In this document: piece after piece, positions 39,370 through 48,384 of the stretch | How positions within the stretch are numbered: the first letter of the stretch is position 1 | Layout of the letters: each line of letters opens with the position of its first letter | Assembly: GCA_965199955.1 (NCBI GenBank) | Contig: CBDATQ010000002.1 | Location: forward strand, 352,001 to 416,000 | Length of the DNA: 64,000 bases | Reading direction: 5' to 3' | DNA from: Spirochaetia bacterium | GTDB lineage: Bacteria > Spirochaetota > Spirochaetia > SZUA-6 > Bin103 | Program-made: the position numbers and the translations under genes | Notes under the pieces: generated by a model | Seen by the model: only the letters and a program-made list of their open reading frames with translations | The model's database searches: none | Told to the model about the DNA's origin: nothing

Positions 39370-39933
39370 GTGAGGACGGCCATCTTCGGAGGGACCTTCA
39401 ATCCGGTCCACAACGGCCATCTCCATCTCGCCGCCACCGTCTGCGCGGAGTTGGCGTACGGGCAGGTGATCTTCGTACCCGCGCACGTTCCGCCGCACAA
39501 GGACGCCGACGAGCTGATCGCCGGCTCGCACCGGCTGGCGATGCTGCGCCGGGCGGTCGCCGGACACGATGCCTTCCGGGTGGACTCGTGCGAATTGGAC
39601 CGCCGCGGGGTTTCCTACACCATCGACACGGTGCGATACCTCGGCGCGGTGCGCGGCCGGTTGGGAGTCATCATCGGTGACGATCTGGCGGCCGACTACC
39701 GGTCATGGCGCGAGGCGCCCAGCCTGGCCCGTGAGGCCGACCTGATCCTGGGCCGGCGCTTCGACGGCAGCGCGCCGCTGCCGTTCCCGCACCGGGTCGT
39801 CGGCAACGTGCGGCTGCCGCTCTCTTCCCGGCTCATCCGCGACCGGCTGCGCGCCGGCCTTCCGGTCGATCATCTCACGCCGCCCGCGGTCCTCGAGTAC
39901 ATCCGCTCCCACGGGCTCTATGGCGCGACATGA
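39370..39933 (+). CDS. nadD: Nicotinate-nucleotide adenylyltransferase
   Basis: IFGGTFNPVHNGH, PPHK, SYTIDT, IIGDD, LSSRLIR, EYIRSHGLY. Confidence 0.93.
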   Translation: MRTAIFGGTFNPVHNGHLHLAATVCAELAYGQVIFVPAHVPPHKDADELIAGSHRLAMLRRAVAGHDAFRVDSCELDRRGVSYTIDTVRYLGAVRGRLGVIIGDDLAADYRSWREAPSLAREADLILGRRFDGSAPLPFPHRVVGNVRLPLSSRLIRDRLRAGLPVDHLTPPAVLEYIRSHGLYGAT

Positions 39934-41177
39934 GGGTTGCCGGCCCGCGCCGGGGACGGGCGGTGACAGGGGTGATCACGGGGCTCATCGTGGTCATCGC
40001 GACCGGCGCATTCGTCCTGAGCTTCGTAAGACTGCGCAGCGACGCGGTGAGCGACCTGATCGATGCCCAGGGTCGCATCGCCGTGACCTTCATGCTTCCC
40101 ATCGACGAACCGTCGCCTTCCTTCGAGGTGCTCATGCTCGACGCGAGGACCGGCCGCGCGGCGTTGCTGTTCGTTCCCGGGTCGATCGGCGTGGTGCTCC
40201 CGGACCCGCAGCGGATCGGCCCCATTGCGACGCTGTACGGCCCGGACGGCCACGCCGAGCTTGGCGGGCGCCTGGCCGAGCTCCTCGATCTGCAACTCGA
40301 CTTCTACGTCGACCTGTCGTACGAAGGGCTCGGGCGGCTGGTCGATGTACTCGGCGGCGTCGAGGTCGTGATCCCGGACACCATTCAGATCCTCGATACG
40401 GAGCGCCGCGTTCTGCTGCCATCAGGCAGCGTGGTGCTGGATGGCGACATGGCGCGTGCCTACCTCTCCTACCGGACCGCCGAGGAACCGGCCGCCGAGC
40501 GGGTCGAACGGGTGCACCGCCTGATGCAGGGCCTGCTGCGATCCATAGCCGACAGCCCTGTGGTGCTGTCCGATCCCACCGCGAAGCGATTGCTGTACTA
40601 TGCGGTCGTCACCGATCTGAACCGGCGTGCCTTCGACCGACTGTTCGCCACGCTGGTCGAACTGGACACCGACAGGATCAGTTTGCTGCGGGTCCTGGGA
40701 AGAGTTCAGGAGGTCAACGATCGCCCGCTGCTGTTCCCGTATGAAGAGGGCGCGCTCCTGCGGGATTCCGTCAAGCAGACCATCGCCGCCCTGTCCGTTC
40801 CGCTGGACGCCGGGGACGGGGACGTGACTCCCGCCGTGGAGGTGCTCAACGGCACCCGCACGAGCGGTCTGGCTGCGCAGGCGGCGACGGTCTTCGAGAG
40901 CTTCGGCTACCGGGTCGTGGCAGTGGACAACGCGGACCACCCCGATTACGAGCGGACGCTGTTCGTCGGCCGGCGGGGCGATCCGGAGCAGGCACGTCTG
41001 GTTGCTGCCTTGATTCAGTGCGAAGGGGATACAGCGCAGGCCGCGGACAGGGCCATCGCCGCGGACGCGGACAGAGTCATCACCCCGGATCGTGCCATCG
41101 CTGCGTCGTCGGCCGTCGCGGACGTGACGGTGATCCTGGGGCGCGACTTCAACGGCCGCATCTGTCAGTCGCGGTAG
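39930..41177 (+). CDS. LCP (LytR-CpsA-Psr) family protein with LytR_C domain
   Basis: N-terminal TM, LVDVLGGVEV, LDGDMARAYL, VEVLNGT, VILGRDF. Confidence 0.85.
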   Translation: MRVAGPRRGRAVTGVITGLIVVIATGAFVLSFVRLRSDAVSDLIDAQGRIAVTFMLPIDEPSPSFEVLMLDARTGRAALLFVPGSIGVVLPDPQRIGPIATLYGPDGHAELGGRLAELLDLQLDFYVDLSYEGLGRLVDVLGGVEVVIPDTIQILDTERRVLLPSGSVVLDGDMARAYLSYRTAEEPAAERVERVHRLMQGLLRSIADSPVVLSDPTAKRLLYYAVVTDLNRRAFDRLFATLVELDTDRISLLRVLGRVQEVNDRPLLFPYEEGALLRDSVKQTIAALSVPLDAGDGDVTPAVEVLNGTRTSGLAAQAATVFESFGYRVVAVDNADHPDYERTLFVGRRGDPEQARLVAALIQCEGDTAQAADRAIAADADRVITPDRAIAASSAVADVTVILGRDFNGRICQSR

Positions 41178-41179
41178 AC

Positions 41180-41605
41180 ATGGCACAACAGGAAGACGTC
41201 CACCCCGCGAGCGGCAGCCAGCGAACCGCCCTGGCCCTGGCCGAGCTGCTGGTCGAGCACCAGGCCGAGGAGACGGTCGTCCTCGACGTGAGACGGCAGA
41301 GCGGTTGGACCGATTACTTCGTGATCGCGACCACGCGGAGTCATGCTCACTTGCGCGGCGTCCTGCGCCACCTGGACATCGCGCTGCGCCGGATGGGCGA
41401 CGGCGGCCGCGAACGCCCGGGGCAAGGCCTGCGCCGTGCACCGGACGACAGCGGGTGGGTGCTGGTCGATCTGGGAAGCGTGGTGGTCCACCTCATGACC
41501 GAGGAGCAGCGGCGGTTCTACGAGTTGGAGAGGCTCTGGTTCCGGAGTCCTGCGGTCTTCCGGGACCGCGGTTCGCGCCCGGACGCGGACACGCAGTCGA
41601 GTTGA
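41180..41605 (+). CDS. rsfS: Ribosome silencing factor RsfS (Iojap)
   Basis: TDYFVIAT, WVLVDLGSVVVHLM, RRFYELERLW. Confidence 0.95.
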   Translation: MAQQEDVHPASGSQRTALALAELLVEHQAEETVVLDVRRQSGWTDYFVIATTRSHAHLRGVLRHLDIALRRMGDGGRERPGQGLRRAPDDSGWVLVDLGSVVVHLMTEEQRRFYELERLWFRSPAVFRDRGSRPDADTQSS

Positions 41606-41606
41606 G

Positions 41607-41805
41607 TCAGGAGTCCGCCGGGTCGCCGTCACCGCCGGCGAAGGCGTCCTCGAACTCCTCGTCCTCGTCGTAAGTCGAAGTCCTGGCTGTCGAGGTCCTC
41701 GTCCTCGTCGAAGTCGTCGAACTCGGCCAGATCGTCGTCCACCGCGAAGCGGCGGAAGCGGGTCGGGGGTGGTTGCCGGCTGCTCGGCACCCGTGGGACC
41801 GTCAC
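41607..41805 (-). pseudogene. Small Asp/Glu-rich ORF split by a 1-nt insertion near 41672-41673
   Basis: ...DDFDEDEDLDSQDFD continues as YDEDEEFEDAFAGGDGDPADS* only after skipping one base. Confidence 0.55.
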
Positions 41806-41904
41806 GAAGCGGTCGTCCGGCGTCCCGCCGGGCGGCGCGTCGAGAGATGAGATCGAGATAGCGGTTTCCAAATCGCGTTCACCGTCCGTATAATTCTGTG
41901 TCGA

Positions 41905-41976
41905 TGGGACGTCGGCAAGCGGTAAGCCACCGGTTTTTGGTACCGGCATTCGCAGGTTCGAATCCTGCCGTCCCAG
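41905..41976 (+). tRNA. tRNA-Gln (anticodon UUG)
   Basis: TGGGACG...CCGGT-TTTTGGT-ACCGG...GGTTCGAATCC...CGTCCCA-G; promoter TTCCAA-17-TATAAT at 41866-94. Confidence 0.96.
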
Positions 41977-41997
41977 AGATACCTATGGAGCAGATAC

Positions 41998-42627
41998 GTG
42001 GAGCAATTGGCATTACGGGCTGAGCCCAGATCGAAGACCCGGACGCGGGAGGCACGCCGGCTGCGCCGTGAAGGGCGGGTGCCGGCGGTAGTATACGGCG
42101 CAGCCGAGGCGGAGTCGATCTCCGTTGACGCGAAGGAGGTGCAGCGGCTGTTCCGTCATGCTTCCGAGAGCACCATCATCTCCCTTTCCACCGGTGACGG
42201 CGACCGCGACGTACTCATCAAGGACTACCAGACCGACCGTATCACCGACAAGCTCCTGCACATCGACTTTCTCGAGGTGGTAGCCGGCCGCACCCTGCGC
42301 ACCCACGTCCCGCTGCACTTCCAGGGTACGCCGATCGGCGTCCGCGAGGGAGGCATCCTGGAGACGCTGCTGCGCGAACTGCACGTCGAGTGCCTGCCGC
42401 GTGACTTGCCGGAGAGCATGGACATCGACATCGAAGGGCTGGACAGCGGGGACTCGATCCACGTGCGGGATCTGGACACGCCGGAAGGCGTCCGCGTCCT
42501 GAGCCCTGCTGACCAGGTGGTCTGCCTCGTCGCTCACCGTCTCGCCGACGAAGGGGAAGAAGAGATCGATGAGGAGGAGATCGAAGGGGAAGGCGAGGAC
42601 GTCGAGGTTCCCGACGCAGAGGCATAG
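41998..42627 (+). CDS. rplY: 50S ribosomal protein L25/Ctc
   Basis: RREGRVPAVVYG, LLHIDF, GVREGG, acidic tail; SD GGAG. Confidence 0.95.
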   Translation: MEQLALRAEPRSKTRTREARRLRREGRVPAVVYGAAEAESISVDAKEVQRLFRHASESTIISLSTGDGDRDVLIKDYQTDRITDKLLHIDFLEVVAGRTLRTHVPLHFQGTPIGVREGGILETLLRELHVECLPRDLPESMDIDIEGLDSGDSIHVRDLDTPEGVRVLSPADQVVCLVAHRLADEGEEEIDEEEIEGEGEDVEVPDAEA

Positions 42628-43222
42628 CGCGGCCGAGTCCGAAGGCCGGCTGCTGGTGGTTGGGCTGGGCAACCCAGGTCCCCGCTACACGGATACCCGA
42701 CACAACGTCGGGTTCCGGATCGTGGAAGCGCTGGCGGATGCTGCCGGCGCGCGGATGAAGCGGCGCGGGATCGGCCGCTACACCGTGGCGCGCGTCGAGG
42801 CCGAGGGCAGCAGTGTCTTTCTGGCGGAGCCGCTGACCATGATGAACCGATCCGGCGACGTGCTTGCCGCGCTTCTTCGGTTCAGTGGGTGCACCCTGCT
42901 GCAGACCCTTGTCATCTGCGACTCCCTCGATCTGCCGGCAGGGGCGGTGCGCTTGAAGCGCTCGGGCTCCTCCGGCGGCCACAACGGGCTGGCATCGATC
43001 ATCGCCGCCGCCGGCGGTGGCGGGTTTCCCCGGCTGTGGGTCGGCGTGGGCAGACCGGACGGCAGGGGCGACGTGATCCGCCACGTGCTGGGCACGCCGG
43101 GCGCGGAGGATCACCAGCGAATCGATGCGGCCGAGCGCTTCGCGGCAGAGCATGTGCTGCGCCTGGCGAACGAGCCGATCGATCGGGTGGTGCATGCGGT
43201 CAACTCATACGAACCCGACTGA
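42569..43222 (+). CDS. pth: Peptidyl-tRNA hydrolase (conserved core starts near 42650; true start uncertain)
   Basis: VVGLGNPG, TRHNVGF, MMNRSG, GGHNGLAS. Confidence 0.94.
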   Translation: MRRRSKGKARTSRFPTQRHSAAESEGRLLVVGLGNPGPRYTDTRHNVGFRIVEALADAAGARMKRRGIGRYTVARVEAEGSSVFLAEPLTMMNRSGDVLAALLRFSGCTLLQTLVICDSLDLPAGAVRLKRSGSSGGHNGLASIIAAAGGGGFPRLWVGVGRPDGRGDVIRHVLGTPGAEDHQRIDAAERFAAEHVLRLANEPIDRVVHAVNSYEPD

Positions 43223-44636
43223 GGGGATCCCGACTCAGGTAGGGCGCGCCCTGCGGTGTCTGGGCGTCCGCCATGGCCATACGGTCGTCGCCGCATACTC
43301 CACGGGGCCCGATTCTACCGCTCTCCTGGCGCTGTTGTGCCGGTTGCGCACGCGGATGGGCATCGAGGTGGTCGCCGCGTACTTCGACCACGGCCTGCGT
43401 TCCCGCCGCGAAATCGACGGCGACGTCGTCCACGCGCGTGCGGCCTCGAGCAGTCTGCAGGTTCCGCTGCGCGTGGGCACCGGGTCGTCGAGAGGGGAGT
43501 CCGTTCGGGGCGGCCCGGAAGCGGCCGCCCGCGCCGCTCGCTACCGTTTCCTGGAGGGCCTTGCCGGCGAGTGCTGCGCCGACTGGATCGCGGTGGGGCA
43601 CACGGCCGATGACCGGGCGGAGACCGTGCTCATGCGGGCGCTGCAGGGAACGGGCGTCGCCGGCCTCGGCGGCATGCGGGCACGCCGCGGCCGGGTCATC
43701 CGGCCGCTCGAAACAATACGGCGTGACGATCTGCGGGCATGGCTGCATGGGGAAGGGCTGTCATTCCGCCGCGACTCGCAGAACGGCGACCCGCGATTCA
43801 CCCGCAACCGCGTGCGCGACCTGCTGGGCGACATCGAACGCAGGTTCCCGGGGGCAGCGACGCGCCTGGCCGAGGTGGGGAGACACGCCGAGCAGACCCA
43901 GGCCTTCGTCGCGGCGCAGGCGGCGGAGCGGCTGCTCTGGAGGCGGACCGCTCTCGGCATCGCACTGCCGTGGCATGAGTTCCGGACCGCACCGGAGGCG
44001 CTGCAAATGGAGGCGCTCTTCCAGGGCTACGATCTGCTGCTGCGTGGCACGGGTCCGCGTCGCCTGCCGCGCCGATTCCTGATCCCCATCCTGCGAGCGG
44101 CGGGAAAGAACATGGGACGGGTGCGCGCGGCCGGCCACGGTGTGGTCATAGAGCGCCTGGCAGCCCATCTGGTCATGTCGGCCGCGGTTGTCCATGGCGC
44201 CGGAACCGGCTATCTTTGGAAGGCCGTAAGGAGCGGATCGTATAAAGTACCGGAGACGAAGGTCGAAATCCGGAGAGCAGAACCCGTGGCTGGCGAGCGG
44301 ACAGTTGCCGGCACAGTTTCGCTAGGTGGAGTGCGGGTGGGCTCGATTGACGGACCCCTCCTGGTTCGGTCGTGCCGGCCCGGAGATGAGATCCGGCTGC
44401 ACTCCGGCGTCAAGCCTCTCGCCGCCGTGCTGCGCGAGTGGGGCGCGCCGGAAGCGCACCGGTGGATGATCCCCGTGGTCGCCGATAGACGCGGTGTGCT
44501 GGCGGTCTGCGGTGCTGCGTTCGGCTATCGGGATGTGCGAAGCGTATACTGTGCCGACCGGGAGGACGGTGCCGGCGGCGAGGGCGACGGCACGGGCGCG
44601 GTGATCGCGATCAGCCGCGTGGAGGAGGAGTCGTGA
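43194..44636 (+). CDS. tilS: tRNA(Ile)-lysidine synthetase
   Basis: PP-loop STGPDS, DHGLR, EAAARAARY, HTADDRAET, IRPL, RNRVR. Confidence 0.92.
   Translation: MRSTHTNPTEGIPTQVGRALRCLGVRHGHTVVAAYSTGPDSTALLALLCRLRTRMGIEVVAAYFDHGLRSRREIDGDVVHARAASSSLQVPLRVGTGSSRGESVRGGPEAAARAARYRFLEGLAGECCADWIAVGHTADDRAETVLMRALQGTGVAGLGGMRARRGRVIRPLETIRRDDLRAWLHGEGLSFRRDSQNGDPRFTRNRVRDLLGDIERRFPGAATRLAEVGRHAEQTQAFVAAQAAERLLWRRTALGIALPWHEFRTAPEALQMEALFQGYDLLLRGTGPRRLPRRFLIPILRAAGKNMGRVRAAGHGVVIERLAAHLVMSAAVVHGAGTGYLWKAVRSGSYKVPETKVEIRRAEPVAGERTVAGTVSLGGVRVGSIDGPLLVRSCRPGDEIRLHSGVKPLAAVLREWGAPEAHRWMIPVVADRRGVLAVCGAAFGYRDVRSVYCADREDGAGGEGDGTGAVIAISRVEEES
44188..44216 (+). promoter_or_regulatory. Candidate internal promoter within tilS
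   Basis: TTGTCC-17-TATCTT at the start of a locally AT-richer patch. Confidence 0.45.
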
Positions 44637-46525
44637 GTAACCGTTCGCAAGAGCCGAAGAAGCCAGACCCCGGGCTGCCCAAACTGCCGTTCAACAACCG
44701 GGTCGCGTTGATCACCCTGCTTGCGCTGATCGCCCTGTTCGTGCTGCTGGTCGTCTACAACAACGAGCGCAGCTTCGCGCAGGAGATCGCCTACTCCGTA
44801 TTCCTGGCCTACGTCGATGGCAAGGAGGTCGCGGAGGTCAAGATCGTCGATGGATTCGAGATCCTTGGCACCTACCGGGACGACGACAGACAATTCAGGA
44901 CCACCATTCCCTATCACGATCCGCAGCTCCTGAACCGGCTGGAAAGCAGCGGCGTGCGGGTTACGGGAGGCCCGAAGCCGGTTTCGCCATTCCGGATCTT
45001 CATCGAGTTCCTGCCGTGGGTGCTCGGCATCTTCTTCATCTGGTTCATGTTTCGCCAGGTGCAGGGCTCCGGCAACCGCGCGTTCTCCTTCGGCAAGAGC
45101 CGCGCCAAGCGCTACCTGGACACCAGCAAGAAGATCAGCTTCACCGACGTCGCGGGCCAGGACGAAGCCAAGTACGAACTCGAGGAAGTGGTGGAGTTCC
45201 TTCGCAATCCGGCCAAGTTCTCGCGCATCGGCGCGAAGATACCCAAGGGTGTGCTGCTGGTCGGGATGCCGGGAACGGGCAAGACCCTGCTGGCAAAGGC
45301 GATCGCCGGCGAGGCGAACGTGCCGTTCTTCCACATGTCCGGTTCCGACTTCGTGGAGATGTTCGTCGGCGTGGGCGCCAGCCGGGTGCGCGATTTGTTC
45401 GAGCAGGGCCGCAGGCACGCCCCGTGCATCCTGTTCATCGACGAGCTGGACGCGGTCGGCCGCACGCGGGGCGCCGGATACGGCGGCGGCCACGACGAGC
45501 GGGAGCAGACGCTGAACCAGATGCTGGTGGAGATGGACGGCTTCGACACCAAGGACGGCGTGATCATCATCGCCGCGACCAACCGGCCCGACGTGCTGGA
45601 TCCCGCGCTGCTGCGTCCCGGCCGGTTCGACCGCCAGGTGGTCGTCGACATGCCGGACGTCAAGGGCCGTGAGGAGATTCTCAAGATCCACTCGAGCAAG
45701 ATTCCGGTCGGCGGTGACGTGGACATCAACCGGGTCGCTCGCGCCACACCCGGCTGCTCGGGCGCCGACCTGGCGAACATCGTCAATGAGGCGGCGCTGC
45801 TGGCCGCCCGCAACGGCAAGGACCAGGTGGGCATGGCCGACCTGGAAGAGGCGCGCGACAAGATCATGATGGGGCTGGCGCGCCGTTCCAAGGTGATCCA
45901 GCCGTCCGAGCGGGAGATGATCGCCTTCCACGAAGCCGGCCATGCGCTGCTTCACTACCATCTGGAACACGCCGACCCGTTGCACAAGGTCACGATCGTT
46001 CCGCACGGCCGGGCACTCGGCGTTTCCTTCTCGCTGCCGGAGAACGACATGTACACGCGTGGCAAGGGCTGGCTGCTGCACCGCATCACCATCACCATGG
46101 GTGGCTACGCGGCGGAGAAGCTGCGCTACGGAGAGACCAGCACCGGAGCTCAGAACGACATCGAGCAGGCCACCGAGCTGGCACGCCGCATGGTCTGCGA
46201 GTGGGGGATGAGCGACATGCTGGGTCCGGTATCGTACGGCCAGAAGGAGGAACCCATCTTCCTTGGCAAGGAGATCGCCCGGCACAAGGACTACTCGGAG
46301 GAAACCGCCCGCCACATCGACCAGGAAGTGGGAGCCATCATGTCGTCGCGGCTCAAGGAGGCGGCCGATCTCCTCAAGCGGCACGACGATCAGTTGCAGA
46401 TGCTGGCCACGGCGCTGCTGGAGAAAGAGACGGTCGAGGATGCCGAGATCCGCATCCTGCTCGGTTTCCCCGAACGGGACGACCTCTCCGGCGGCGACGC
46501 GCTGGCGGAAGGCCGGCCGGCCTGA
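44633..46525 (+). CDS. ftsH: ATP-dependent zinc metalloprotease FtsH
   Basis: Two TMs, [32 protein letters not shown]. Confidence 0.98.
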   Translation: MSNRSQEPKKPDPGLPKLPFNNRVALITLLALIALFVLLVVYNNERSFAQEIAYSVFLAYVDGKEVAEVKIVDGFEILGTYRDDDRQFRTTIPYHDPQLLNRLESSGVRVTGGPKPVSPFRIFIEFLPWVLGIFFIWFMFRQVQGSGNRAFSFGKSRAKRYLDTSKKISFTDVAGQDEAKYELEEVVEFLRNPAKFSRIGAKIPKGVLLVGMPGTGKTLLAKAIAGEANVPFFHMSGSDFVEMFVGVGASRVRDLFEQGRRHAPCILFIDELDAVGRTRGAGYGGGHDEREQTLNQMLVEMDGFDTKDGVIIIAATNRPDVLDPALLRPGRFDRQVVVDMPDVKGREEILKIHSSKIPVGGDVDINRVARATPGCSGADLANIVNEAALLAARNGKDQVGMADLEEARDKIMMGLARRSKVIQPSEREMIAFHEAGHALLHYHLEHADPLHKVTIVPHGRALGVSFSLPENDMYTRGKGWLLHRITITMGGYAAEKLRYGETSTGAQNDIEQATELARRMVCEWGMSDMLGPVSYGQKEEPIFLGKEIARHKDYSEETARHIDQEVGAIMSSRLKEAADLLKRHDDQLQMLATALLEKETVEDAEIRILLGFPERDDLSGGDALAEGRPA

Positions 46526-46532
46526 GGGGTTC

Positions 46533-48332
46533 GTGCGCGAGCACATTCGCAACTTCTGCATCATCGCCCACATCGACCACGGCAAGTCGACGCTGGCCGA
46601 TCGCTTCATCCAGCGCGCCCACGTCGTGTCGGACCGGGAGTTCCACGACCGGTTGCTCGACAGCATGGAGATCGAGCGGGAACGCGGCATCACGATCAAG
46701 TCGCAGGCGATCTCGCTTCCGCACCAGCACGACGGCACCCGCTATCTTCTGAACCTGGTCGATACCCCCGGACACGTCGACTTCACCTACGAGGTGTCGC
46801 GCGTGATCAGCGCCTGCGAGGGCGCGCTGTTGCTGGTGGACGCCACGCAAGGCGTGGAGGCGCAGACCCTGGCGAACTACTACCTCGCTCTGGAACACGA
46901 TCTCGAAGTGATCCCGGTGATCAACAAGGTCGACCTGGCGGCCGCTGACATCGACCGGACGCGCGGGCAGATAGAACGGGACCTCGGCCTCGACGGGGAG
47001 GACGCCGTACTCGTGTCCGCCAAGACCGGCCAGGGGATCGACCGGCTCCTGGAAGCGATTGTCGCGCGCGTTCCTCCACCCGACGGCGACTCTCGGGCGC
47101 CGCTGCAGGCGCTGGTGTTCGACTCCGCCTACGACCCGTACCGTGGCGTGGTCGTGCACCTCCGGGTGGTGTCCGGCCGGATCGTCCGGAACGCGCGCAT
47201 CCGCTTCTGGGCGGGTGACGATGCCACCTACCGGGTCGAGGAGCTGGGGCTGTTCGGGATCAAGCCGCGACCGGCGGATGTCCTGAACGCCGGCGAGGTC
47301 GGCTACCTGGTGGCCGGGATCAGATCGGTGGGGCAGGCGCGCGTGGGCAACACCATCACCGAGGCGGAACGTCCGTGCCAGGCGCCGCTGCCCGGGTTCC
47401 GGGAGGCAAAGCCGGTGGTGTTCGCGGCCATCTACCCGATGGACGCCGACCAGTATGAAGAGCTGGCCGCGGGGCTGGAGCGGCTGCAGCTCAATGACTC
47501 CACGCTGAGCTTCGCCAAGGAGTCGTCGGTGGCGCTCGGCTTCGGCTTTCGTTGCGGCTTCCTCGGCCTGCTGCACCTGGAGGTGGTCCAGGAGCGGCTG
47601 GAGCGGGAGTTCGGGCTTGCCGTCGTCCTCACCGCCCCGTCGGTCGAGTATCGGATGCAGCTTCAGGACGGGTCGGAGCTCAGCGTGTACACGCCGGGCG
47701 AGTATCCGGACCCGGGCAGCATCGAGCAGGCACGGGAGCCGTACGTGCGCGCGTCGATCATCACCCCATCCGAGTACGTCGGCGCGGTGATCACCACCTG
47801 TCTGGAACGGCGCGGCATCCAGCAATCGCTCGACTACCTGGATGAGACGCGCATGGAGCTGCGCTTCGACCTGCCGCTGGCGGAGATCGTGACCGACTTC
47901 TATGACCGGCTGAAGTCCGTCACGCGCGGCTACGCGTCATTCGACTACGACGTCGCCGACTACCGTGACACGGACATCGTGCGGCTGGACGTGCTGCTGA
48001 ACGGCCAGCCCGTGGATGCGCTGGCACAACTGGTGTTCCGCGGTTCGGCGGTCCGCCGCGCGCGCGAACTGTGCCGAAGGCTTCGCGACGAGATCCCGCG
48101 CCACCAGTTCAAGATCCCCGTGCAGGGAGCGATCGGCGGTCAGATCATCGCGCGGGAGACGATCAACGCCTATCGCAAGGACGTGACCGCGAAGCTGTAC
48201 GGGGGCGACGTCACGCGCAAGCGCAAGCTGCTGGAGAAGCAGAAGGCCGGCAAGAAGCGCATGAAGGCAGTCGGAGCCGTGCAGATTCCCAAGGACGCGT
48301 TCGTGGCGGTGCTGCGCGGCTCCGACGCGTAA
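46533..48332 (+). CDS. lepA: Elongation factor 4 (LepA)
   Basis: IRNFCIIAHIDHGKST, GFRCGFLGLLH, KDVTAKLYGGD, QKAGKKRMK; SD GAGGGG before GTG 46533. Confidence 0.98.
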   Translation: MREHIRNFCIIAHIDHGKSTLADRFIQRAHVVSDREFHDRLLDSMEIERERGITIKSQAISLPHQHDGTRYLLNLVDTPGHVDFTYEVSRVISACEGALLLVDATQGVEAQTLANYYLALEHDLEVIPVINKVDLAAADIDRTRGQIERDLGLDGEDAVLVSAKTGQGIDRLLEAIVARVPPPDGDSRAPLQALVFDSAYDPYRGVVVHLRVVSGRIVRNARIRFWAGDDATYRVEELGLFGIKPRPADVLNAGEVGYLVAGIRSVGQARVGNTITEAERPCQAPLPGFREAKPVVFAAIYPMDADQYEELAAGLERLQLNDSTLSFAKESSVALGFGFRCGFLGLLHLEVVQERLEREFGLAVVLTAPSVEYRMQLQDGSELSVYTPGEYPDPGSIEQAREPYVRASIITPSEYVGAVITTCLERRGIQQSLDYLDETRMELRFDLPLAEIVTDFYDRLKSVTRGYASFDYDVADYRDTDIVRLDVLLNGQPVDALAQLVFRGSAVRRARELCRRLRDEIPRHQFKIPVQGAIGGQIIARETINAYRKDVTAKLYGGDVTRKRKLLEKQKAGKKRMKAVGAVQIPKDAFVAVLRGSDA

Positions 48333-48357
48333 AGCCCCGCTCGGCGGGCTTTACGCG
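48326..48357. terminator. Likely bidirectional terminator hairpin between convergent genes
   Basis: cgcgtaaagccccgc-tcg-gcgggctttacgcg (one bulged base). Confidence 0.6.
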
Positions 48358-48384
48358 CGCCCGGGGCCGCGGGACCTCGCCCGA

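Noticed and set aside
43300..43330. TilS PP-loop reads STGPDS rather than SGGxDS
   Set aside because: STGxDS variants occur in other TilS proteins and the remaining motifs are intact
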